Shown one piece after another: positions 46,365 through 54,046 of a stretch of DNA of 64,000 nt. A program made the position numbers and the translations under genes. This stretch comes from Longimicrobiales bacterium (GTDB lineage Bacteria; Gemmatimonadota; Gemmatimonadetes; Longimicrobiales; Gaopeijiaceae), in assembly GCA_041690395.1 (NCBI GenBank), contig JAWLHJ010000001.1:320001-384000 (forward strand). The letters run 5' to 3'. The notes beneath the pieces are model-generated. The model had not been told where the DNA came from and did not search any database. It saw only the letters and a list, made by a program, of their open reading frames with translations. Position 1 is the stretch's first letter, and every line of letters begins with the position of its first letter.

Positions 46365-47885
46365 TTGGACGCCCTCTCCCAGCTAGCCGTCGGCTTCTCG
46401 GTCGCGCTCCAACCGCTCAACCTGAGCCTCGCCCTCGGGGGCGTGGTGGTCGGCACCGTCGTCGGCATGCTTCCCGGCATCGGCCCGATCAACGCGATCG
46501 CGATGCTCATCCCGCTCCTCTACGCTGTGGGGCTGCCGCCCGAGTCGTCCCTCATCCTGCTCGCGGGCATCTACTACGGATCGCAGTACGGCAACTCGAT
46601 CAGTACCATCCTGCTCAACGTCCCCGGGACCGCGTCCGCGGTGGTGACCGCCATCGACGGGCACCAGATGACCAAGCAGGGGCGGGGCGGTGAGGCCCTC
46701 GCACTCGCCGCGGTGTCGTCGTTCGTGGGGGGCACGCTCTCGATCCTCGGGCTGATCTTCCTGGCGCCCGCCCTTTCGCGCTGGGCCATCCGCTTCGGCC
46801 CCGCCGAGTACTTCGCGCTCATGGTCTTCGCGTTCTCGGCTCTCTCCAGCGTCTCGGGCAAGAGCGTTCCGCGCGCCCTCGCGGCCACCGGCCTCGGCCT
46901 CTTCCTCGCGACCATCGGCATGGATCCGAACAGCGCCGTGCCCCGTTACACGTTCGGGCAGCTCCGCCTCTTCGACGGGCTCGACTTCGTGGTCGTCACC
47001 ATCGGGCTCTTCGCGGTGAGCGAGGTGCTCCTCGTGCTGGAGAAGACCGAGTGGGGGGGCGAGGCGGCGGCCCGGTACGGCAAGGTGTCGATGAAGCTCG
47101 GTGCCATGTTCCGGTCGTTCTGGACGATGATCCGCGGGAGCGTCGTGGGGTTCTTCGTCGGCGTGCTCCCGGGCGCGGGTGGCACCATCGCCGCCTTCCT
47201 GTCGTACAGCGTCGAGGAGAAGATGGCCGGTGAGGGCGGCCGCTTCGGGCGCGGCGACGAGCGTGGCGTGGCCGGTCCGGAGGCGGCCAACAACGCGGCC
47301 ACCACGGGTGCCATGATCCCGCTTCTCACCCTGGGGATCCCCGGCAGCGGCACCACGGCGGTCCTGCTCGGCGCCCTCCTCGGACTCGGGCTCGCGCCCG
47401 GCCCACTGCTCATCGAGCGCAATCCCGAGGTCTTCTGGGGGCTCGCGGCCTCGATGTACGTCGGCAACGTTTTCCTCCTCCTGCTCAATCTTCCCCTGGT
47501 CGGGCTGTTCGTACGGGTGCTCAGGCTGCCGCGCTGGATCCTCATGCCGGGTGTCGCCGCGCTCTCGTTCGTGGCCGTGTACGCCGTGAACCAGAGCCCG
47601 TTCGACCTCGTGCTCATGGCCGGGTTCGGCCTGCTCGGGTACGGGATGAGGAAGGGCGGCTTCCCGCTCGCGCCGGTGATCCTCGGCCTCGTGCTCGGAC
47701 CGCTCATGGAGAAGAACCTGCGCCGTGCCTTGGCTTTGAGCGGGGGCGAGTGGAGCGTGATGTTCTCGAGCTCGCTCGCCATCGGGCTCTGGGCGATGGC
47801 TGTGGCGGCGCTGGTCGTGCCGTGGGCGCTCGGGGCGAGACGGCGTGCGCGGGCGCTGGCCGGATCGGGGATCGGGGCGGAATAA
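46365..47885 (+). CDS. tctA: tripartite tricarboxylate transporter permease
   Basis: VGMLPGIG, YYGSQYG, GPAEYF, GPEAANNA, PLLTLGIPGS; TTG start inferred. Confidence 0.92.
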   Translation: MDALSQLAVGFSVALQPLNLSLALGGVVVGTVVGMLPGIGPINAIAMLIPLLYAVGLPPESSLILLAGIYYGSQYGNSISTILLNVPGTASAVVTAIDGHQMTKQGRGGEALALAAVSSFVGGTLSILGLIFLAPALSRWAIRFGPAEYFALMVFAFSALSSVSGKSVPRALAATGLGLFLATIGMDPNSAVPRYTFGQLRLFDGLDFVVVTIGLFAVSEVLLVLEKTEWGGEAAARYGKVSMKLGAMFRSFWTMIRGSVVGFFVGVLPGAGGTIAAFLSYSVEEKMAGEGGRFGRGDERGVAGPEAANNAATTGAMIPLLTLGIPGSGTTAVLLGALLGLGLAPGPLLIERNPEVFWGLAASMYVGNVFLLLLNLPLVGLFVRVLRLPRWILMPGVAALSFVAVYAVNQSPFDLVLMAGFGLLGYGMRKGGFPLAPVILGLVLGPLMEKNLRRALALSGGEWSVMFSSSLAIGLWAMAVAALVVPWALGARRRARALAGSGIGAE

Positions 47886-48060
47886 TGGGTCGCGACGCCG
47901 TTTCACGGGGTAACACGTCGGCGATCCCGTGTCGTGGCGCGCCTTCTGCAGTAGTTTAGGGGACGCGGTTCGCGACTTTCGCGCACCGCAAGTCATCACA
48001 GGGCCGGCCCGCTTCCGGGCGCGCCGACTCTCATCCTCTCGGTGGAGGGTTCCGGATCCG

Positions 48061-48726
48061 ATGAATACGATGTCGTTGGGCCGTCGCACGCTGATCGTCG
48101 CTACGCTCATGGGTGCCATGGCCATTCAGGGTTGCTCCTCGAACCTCCGTACCGGCGCCCTGGGGGGCGCGGCCGCGGGGGCCGTCGTCGGCGGCCTCAC
48201 CAGCGGAACCGCCCGCGGAGCGATCATCGGCGCGGCCGTCGGCGGCGCTGCCGGTGCGGCCATCGGCGCCGTCATGGACAGCCAGGCCGAGGACCTGCAG
48301 GACAAGCTCCCGAACGCTCGGGTGGAGCGGGTCGGTGAAGGCATCGCCGTCACCTTCGACTCCGGCATCTTGTTCGGCTTCGACTCGTCGGACCTGCAGG
48401 GGGCCGGTCAGCAGAATCTGAGCGACCTCGCGGCGTCCCTCGAGGAGTACGAGGGCACCGAGGTTCTCGTCGTGGGCCACACCGACTCGGTCGGCTCGGA
48501 CGCGTACAATCAGGGCCTGTCGGAGCGGCGCGCGGCGTCCGCCCGGAGCTATCTGATCGGGGCTGGGCTCGAAGCCGGACGGGTGCGCGCGGTCGGCATG
48601 GGCGAGACCGAGCCCATCGCCTCGAACGACACGGACGCCGGCCGGCAGCAGAACCGCCGTGTCGAGGTCGCGATCTTCGCCAGCGACGACATGCAGGCCG
48701 AGATGCTCCGCCGCCACGGCGGCTGA
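48061..48726 (+). CDS. OmpA-family lipoprotein with glycine zipper
   Basis: Lipobox IQGC, Gly/Ala zipper, VVGHTDSVG..YNQGLSERRA, NRRVEV. Confidence 0.9.
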   Translation: MNTMSLGRRTLIVATLMGAMAIQGCSSNLRTGALGGAAAGAVVGGLTSGTARGAIIGAAVGGAAGAAIGAVMDSQAEDLQDKLPNARVERVGEGIAVTFDSGILFGFDSSDLQGAGQQNLSDLAASLEEYEGTEVLVVGHTDSVGSDAYNQGLSERRAASARSYLIGAGLEAGRVRAVGMGETEPIASNDTDAGRQQNRRVEVAIFASDDMQAEMLRRHGG

Positions 48727-48771
48727 GCGAACGGACCACTGAGCGCAAGCGAAGCCCCCGGTGCCGCCGAG

Positions 48772-49425
48772 TTGGAAGCGGCGCTGGGGGCTTTGTTGCC
48801 TCTGGGGGTGGCGGTCGTCGTGTGGTCGCCGGCGCTTGGAGAGGCGGAGCTCGGACCCCGGGAGGCCGAGGCGGTGGCGCGGGCCGTGCCGAAGCGCCGC
48901 GTCGAGTTCGCCCGTGGGCGGGCGTGTGCGCGGGAGGCGCTGCGTAGGGCGGGGTACGGGGCGGAGGCCCCCGACTTCGTCGAGATCCCGGTGGGCGCTT
49001 CGCGCGAGCCCGTCTGGCCCGGCGGCTTCACCGGGTCGATCACACACTGTGACGGGTTCGTCGCGGCGGTGGCGGCGCGCACCGACGTGGTCCGCGGCAT
49101 CGGGTTGGACGGGGAGGTCGACCGGCCGCTTCCCGACGGGGTGCCTGCTCAGGTGATCACGCCGGAGGAGGCGGATGCGCTGCCTGATTCGAGCCAGCAC
49201 ATCATTTGCTTTTCCGCCAAGGAATCCATCCACAAGGCCGTCTTCCCGCTGACGGGGATGTGGCTGGACTTTCTCGACGTGGCGGTGGAGTTGGACTCGG
49301 GAGGGTTCCGAGCCCGGCATGCCGCGGGTGCCGAGGCCCGCGTGCCGGAGATCGAGGTCTTGCGAGGGCGTTACGTCCGGATGGGCGGGCTGGTCGTGGC
49401 GGTCGGCTGGATGCCCTGCCTCTGA
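48772..49425 (+). CDS. 4'-phosphopantetheinyl transferase (EntD/Sfp-like)
   Basis: RRVEFARGRACAR, PVWPGGFTGSITH, GIGLDGE, FSAKESIHKA; start uncertain. Confidence 0.88.
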   Translation: MEAALGALLPLGVAVVVWSPALGEAELGPREAEAVARAVPKRRVEFARGRACAREALRRAGYGAEAPDFVEIPVGASREPVWPGGFTGSITHCDGFVAAVAARTDVVRGIGLDGEVDRPLPDGVPAQVITPEEADALPDSSQHIICFSAKESIHKAVFPLTGMWLDFLDVAVELDSGGFRARHAAGAEARVPEIEVLRGRYVRMGGLVVAVGWMPCL

Positions 49426-49462
49426 CGCGGCCGGCGTGGCGGCCGATGCCGGGTGGACCTGC

Positions 49463-51460
49463 TCAATCCATGCCCGGCACCAGCGCGTCGATCCGCTCCT
49501 CCAGCCGCGCTCGCATGGCCTCCACCTCCGCCCGCTGCTGCTCCACGCGGTCGGCGATCTGCGTCTGGACCGCGTCCACCCGGCCGCGTGCGTCCTGCAC
49601 GAGCGGCTGAACGCGCCGGTCGACCTCTTCGCGGAGCCGTGCCTCGGCGGCTTCGATCTCCCGGCCGAGCTCCCGGCGGAGGCTCTCCGCCACCGCGGAC
49701 CCGATGTTCGAGTCGACGGAGATGGATGGGCTCTCGATGCTGCCGCTCAGACCCATGGTCAGCTCCACCTGCTGGAGGCTCGCGACCGTGCGCCAGAGGA
49801 GGTCGCGGGCCCACTCGGCGGTGCCGACCTGGAGGTCCGCGGCGGAGGTGCCGGTGAGGGACTCGGCGAGGGTGCGGGGCTGCTGGACGGCGGCCCCGCC
49901 GGATCCGGCGCTCCCGGTCTCGGTGCCGCTCCCGCCATCCAGGCGGAGCCACTGCACGTTGTCCGAGCTCCAGTGGAGCCGCGCGTCGATCTCCCCGCCG
50001 ACCCGGAGCAGGTCGAAGTCGACGTCGCCGAGGCCCAGATCGAGCCGGGCGTCGAGGGCGTCGAGGGCGAGCATCGGGAGCCCGATCCCGTCGAGGTCGA
50101 GGGAGACCGAGTCCCGCAGGAGCTCCGTGGTGTGATCGAGCACGGCCGATAGGCTGAGGCCCGCGGGACCCTGCACGCTCCCGGTGCGTCCCACGACGAG
50201 CTCGAGTGGGCGTCCGACCAGCGTCGGCTGTGACGTCAGGTTGCGGAGGTCGGCCGTGTACTGCCCGGCCGCCAGCCCCTCGCCGGCGATCTCCAGACCC
50301 AGCTCACCCTGCTCCAGCAGGAACGACGGATACGTGGCGCGTCCCGGGAACTCGACCGTCGTCCCCTGGGCCCGGGCGCGGTTCGGTCCCGGCCGGTTCC
50401 GCGGATCGAGGCCGGGCGGGAGGTAGCGCTCGGCGGTCTGCGCCCAGTAGAGCACGGGCTTGAGCCAGTTGAGCGCGGTGCCGCCGAAGATGGCCGGGGA
50501 CAGGTCCGGCCCCTCGAGCGACGGGAGGTTCAGCAGGCTGCGCGCGTAGGCCAGGTCGGCCGTCCGCATCTCCGGGAATTTGGCCACGCCCGAGCGGAGT
50601 GACTGCACGCCGCCGCGCACCTCGTCGTCGAGGGCGGCGATCTCGTCCTGAAGGCTGGTCAGGCGGTCCAGCGCCGTGCGCCCGTCGCGCACCAGGCCCG
50701 GCACCTGGGTCGCTGTGAGGGGGGTGAGCCGGAAGCTCTCGAGCCGCTCGACCACGGCCTGGAGCGAGTCGATGCGCGGTCGGGGATCCAGGGATTCGAT
50801 GCGGTCCTGCCATCCTTCCCGCAACGAATCCGCGCGCCCGGCCAGGGCCCGCGCGTGCTGCACCGTGCGGAGGCTGTCCGTCGAGATCGCGTCGGTGCGC
50901 ACCACGGTCGAGAGGCCCTCGAGGCTCAGCGGCGGCAGATCGATCTGGTCCGCCCAGGCATCGATCTCCCGGAAGAGCGCGCCCGACTCGGGGTCGGGAT
51001 TCTCGAGCGCCCCGGACGTCTCCCGCGGCGTGTTGAAGCGGACGCCGGTCACCACCAGGTCCTGCACCACGACCTTCTTGGTGAGGAGCGGCTCCAGCAT
51101 GAGATCGACCAGGACCTCCTCGGCCTCGAAGAGGTTGGTCATCGGCGCGTTCGGGTTCGTCACCTGGAGGCCCGTCAGGCGGACGCTCCCCTCGGTCGGG
51201 CGAACGTCGGCGGCGTCGAGATCGACCCTCGCGCCCACGATCGACGCGCCCGTGGACTCGACGCTCCGCTCCACGAGCCGGTCGGCCCAGAGCCACCAGG
51301 CGCCGGCGAGGAGCAGGCAGAGGACGAGGAAGACGACGAGCCCGGGCGGGCGGAGGATGTGGGACTTCCGGCGCGCGCCGGAGCGGGCGGGAGCCTCGGG
51401 GGCGGTCGGGCCCTCGGACGCAGTGGATTCCCGGCGGTGGTCCTTTGGCTGGTCGCTCAT
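49463..51460 (-). CDS. TIGR03545-like protein (AsmA-like N-terminus, coiled coils)
   Basis: Single N-terminal TM, GARVDL..LQVTNPNAPMTNLFE, RETSGAL, coiled-coil segments; ATGA overlap with partner gene. Confidence 0.75.
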   Translation of the reverse strand: MSDQPKDHRRESTASEGPTAPEAPARSGARRKSHILRPPGLVVFLVLCLLLAGAWWLWADRLVERSVESTGASIVGARVDLDAADVRPTEGSVRLTGLQVTNPNAPMTNLFEAEEVLVDLMLEPLLTKKVVVQDLVVTGVRFNTPRETSGALENPDPESGALFREIDAWADQIDLPPLSLEGLSTVVRTDAISTDSLRTVQHARALAGRADSLREGWQDRIESLDPRPRIDSLQAVVERLESFRLTPLTATQVPGLVRDGRTALDRLTSLQDEIAALDDEVRGGVQSLRSGVAKFPEMRTADLAYARSLLNLPSLEGPDLSPAIFGGTALNWLKPVLYWAQTAERYLPPGLDPRNRPGPNRARAQGTTVEFPGRATYPSFLLEQGELGLEIAGEGLAAGQYTADLRNLTSQPTLVGRPLELVVGRTGSVQGPAGLSLSAVLDHTTELLRDSVSLDLDGIGLPMLALDALDARLDLGLGDVDFDLLRVGGEIDARLHWSSDNVQWLRLDGGSGTETGSAGSGGAAVQQPRTLAESLTGTSAADLQVGTAEWARDLLWRTVASLQQVELTMGLSGSIESPSISVDSNIGSAVAESLRRELGREIEAAEARLREEVDRRVQPLVQDARGRVDAVQTQIADRVEQQRAEVEAMRARLEERIDALVPGMD

Positions 51461-51975
51461 GGCCGGAACATCCGGTAGGTGTTGTAGAGCTTCGAGCCCC
51501 GGACCGCCTTGAAGAACTTCGCGTCCTTGTACCGCTCGTAGATCGTGGCCCGGTAGCGTGCGACGCCGAAGCGGGCCGCGAAGAAAATCGGGATCGACAG
51601 CGCGAGCCAGCCCACGAAGCTGCCGACCACGATGGTGTTCGTCGGGTTGGCGAGCGCGATCACCGGCGTGTTGTACGCGGCGGCCCAGACGGGTCGGAGC
51701 CCGTCGGCGTCCATGAGCAGCGCACGGCCGATCTGGTCGAACGCCGGATCGAGCAGGAAGCCCACCGGCGTGAAGATCATCCAGCCGAGCATCGCCCCGG
51801 GGACCGACACCCGGAAGAAGAGGATCGCCAGGACGACGAGCAGGTTGTGCAGGTTGAGGAGCGGCGTGAGGCCGAGGCACGCGCCCACGGCGATGCCTGC
51901 GGCGACCTGGCCGGGCGTCCCCTCCGAGTTCAGCGCCTTCACGAGGCTCTGGACGAGCTTGATGATCCAGTACAT
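51457..51975 (-). CDS. TIGR03546-like membrane protein
   Basis: KALNSEGTPGQVAAG..LGLTP, LLDPAFDQIG, NTIVVGS. Confidence 0.8.
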   Translation of the reverse strand: MYWIIKLVQSLVKALNSEGTPGQVAAGIAVGACLGLTPLLNLHNLLVVLAILFFRVSVPGAMLGWMIFTPVGFLLDPAFDQIGRALLMDADGLRPVWAAAYNTPVIALANPTNTIVVGSFVGWLALSIPIFFAARFGVARYRATIYERYKDAKFFKAVRGSKLYNTYRMFRP

Positions 51976-52172
51976 GCGCGGAATCTAGACGCAATCCCGA
52001 AGAGACGCACGGAGGGCGGGCAGACGGGTACGCGGGCACTCGGTCGATGGCGCCGGGTCCGACGACCCACCGAGGGAGAGCACCGTGAGCATCAGGACCC
52101 ACATCAACCTGTGTGCCGAGGAGATCCGGCGGGATCAAGCGGCTGCTTGGGTTGTGAGCTTTCTTCCGCGAC

Positions 52173-52320
52173 TTCGAGAATCGTTCGAGGTTCGAACGAT
52201 CTCGTCCGTGACAGCCACGATCGCGTAGGTTCCGGGAGGGCAGGTGTGGTGGGGAAATCCACGCAGTGGTTCACCGGAGGGCGCCTCCCGAAGTCGTTCG
52301 ACTTTCGAACGACTTTCGAA
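52173..52320 (-). repeat. REPIN/MITE-like element family A, copy 3 (inverted)
   Basis: Reverse complement of 52291-52320 is identical to 16434-16463; the other end matches copy 2. Confidence 0.82.
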
Positions 52321-52463
52321 CTGCGTCCCCACGGACCGCGCCGGACGCCGCCCGACAGCCCTCTACAGTGTCGCGCATGGGGCGGGGGAGGGATCTGCGG
52401 ACGATTGGGGCACGCGTTGGGAGGAGGGCGCGTCCGTGGGGGCGCTTTGGGGGCGTCCGGCGG

Positions 52464-52639
52464 GGGGAGAACTGCACGATCGTGCAGGGTTGCAGCACCA
52501 GATAGAGGGTTTTCCCCGCTATGCGGGGAAAAGTCCACATTCATTGCCGGGCGCGACCGCGGCCGTGCGGTTTGCATCGGCTGGCGGGGCAAATCGACAC
52601 AGAGGCGGGAAGGACCTGCACGATTGTGCAGTTGTCCCC
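52464..52639 (+). repeat. 176-bp REPIN/MITE-like element family B, copy 1
   Basis: Terminal inverted repeats GGGGAGAACTGCACGATCGTGCAGG / CCTGCACGATTGTGCAGTTGTCCCC; internal hairpin TTTTCCCCGC-TAT-GCGGGGAAAA. Confidence 0.85.
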
Positions 52640-52652
52640 GGGCGGCGCTCCT

Positions 52653-52868
52653 CGCGTCCTGTCCGCCGTCGCGTCCCGGCGTTCCCTTCGCGTCCCGGCG
52701 GTCCCTTCGCGTCCTAGCGGTCCGTTCGCGGCCCGGCCGTCCTGTCGCGCCTGGCGCCCTTCGCGTCCTGGCGTCCCCTCGGCGCCCCTCCCGCCCTGGC
52801 GCCTTCCTACTGCAGTGGCGTCCCCTCCCGCCCCGGCGTCCCGTCCTGTCCCGGCGCCTCCGGCGTCC
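52653..52868. repeat. degenerate ~18-19 bp tandem repeat
   Basis: Units like CCCTTCGCGTCCCGGCGGT recur and run into the 3' end of the GH8 gene. Confidence 0.6.
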
Positions 52869-54042
52869 GTTCCACCAGAAGCCCCCGATCCAGAGCCAGC
52901 CCGAACCACACCCAGTTGTGGTCGTAGTAGCGGTCCGGGGCGGCGAGCAGGAGCGAGAGGGAGGCCGCGTCGAGCCGTGGCTCGAGCACTTCGGTCGCGA
53001 GGTCCGGCGCGTACCGACGCGCGGCCGGCAGGAGGGCGGCGTAGAACGTGGTCGATTGATCGCCCGTCTGGCGGGTGCCGTCCATGTCGTAGCTCGACGC
53101 GATTCCCGACTGGTCCGCGAGCAGCTCGAGGGTGGACCTCACGCCCAGTGGATCCGCGCACGCCCGTGCCCGACCATGCAGCCCGCAGTCCGCTTCAACC
53201 CGCCAATACAGCCGAACCGCATCGAAGGAGAATACTGTTTCTAATTCTGTGTCCGGGGACAGCGGCTCGGGCGCGCCATCGAGTGCGAGGTGGAAGAATG
53301 CCGGGGGAAGGGCATGCTCTGGGGCGGCGAGCCAGCGTTCCAAGATGTCGTAGCCTATGTCGGTGACCCGGTCCCAGCCCCCGGCCGGGTCCACGGACGC
53401 GAACCAGGGATGCGCGTACGGGACGAAGTAGGAGAGGTTGGCGACACGCTCGTCCACGGCCCAGTCGCCGGCGGCGGGGAACCAGGTGGGGGCGCCGTCT
53501 CCGGAATCGAGGGGTGGGGCCGGAGTCGGGGGTCGGGCCGGGGGCCGGGTCGGGGCCCGGGGCGGCGCGAGGGCCAGCCCAGCGTGCGTCCGCACGGCCC
53601 GGACGATCTCCGCGCCCCGGTCGCGCAGCGCATCATCCCCGAACACCTCGGCGGCCATGAGCAGCGCCCAGGCGATCTCCATGTCACCGTCGGTCGCGGT
53701 GTTCGGGTCGACGACACGGCCCCCGTCCTCCGGGGTCCAGAGCCAGGAATGAAGCCCGTCGGGGCGCTGGAGGTGGGCCTCGGTCCACGACGCGATCCGC
53801 CGGAACGCGGCTTCGTCCCGCTCCCAGACCGCACGGAGGAGCGCGTAGCCCTGTCCCTCGGAAGTCACGCGGCCGCCGTCCCGTCGAGGGTCGAGCACGT
53901 ATCCGTCGGGATGCACGTATTGGCGGAGGTAAACCGTCCAGGCGTCCTCCAGAAACGCGTCCGCGGCGTCGCGCCGGTCGGAACAGGAGGCCGTCACCAG
54001 CACGAGCGACAGGGCGAGGCCGGTGGCGAGCCTGCGCCGCAT
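52807..54042 (-). CDS. glycoside hydrolase family 8 (BcsZ-like endoglucanase) lipoprotein
   Basis: Lipobox VTASC; TSEGQGYALL, NTATDGD..IAWALL, NLSY, SFDAVR, YYD; Pro-rich insertion. Confidence 0.88.
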   Translation of the reverse strand: MRRRLATGLALSLVLVTASCSDRRDAADAFLEDAWTVYLRQYVHPDGYVLDPRRDGGRVTSEGQGYALLRAVWERDEAAFRRIASWTEAHLQRPDGLHSWLWTPEDGGRVVDPNTATDGDMEIAWALLMAAEVFGDDALRDRGAEIVRAVRTHAGLALAPPRAPTRPPARPPTPAPPLDSGDGAPTWFPAAGDWAVDERVANLSYFVPYAHPWFASVDPAGGWDRVTDIGYDILERWLAAPEHALPPAFFHLALDGAPEPLSPDTELETVFSFDAVRLYWRVEADCGLHGRARACADPLGVRSTLELLADQSGIASSYDMDGTRQTGDQSTTFYAALLPAARRYAPDLATEVLEPRLDAASLSLLLAAPDRYYDHNWVWFGLALDRGLLVERTPEAPGQDGTPGREGTPLQ

Positions 54043-54046
54043 AGGA

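Noticed and set aside
47900..47915. parS-like GTTTCACGGGGTAAC
   Set aside because: Wrong length and several mismatches to the GTTTCACGTGAAAC palindrome.
52104..52717. Similar short ORFs here and at 58897-59564 as duplicated genes
   Set aside because: The similarity is translation of the family B non-coding repeat.
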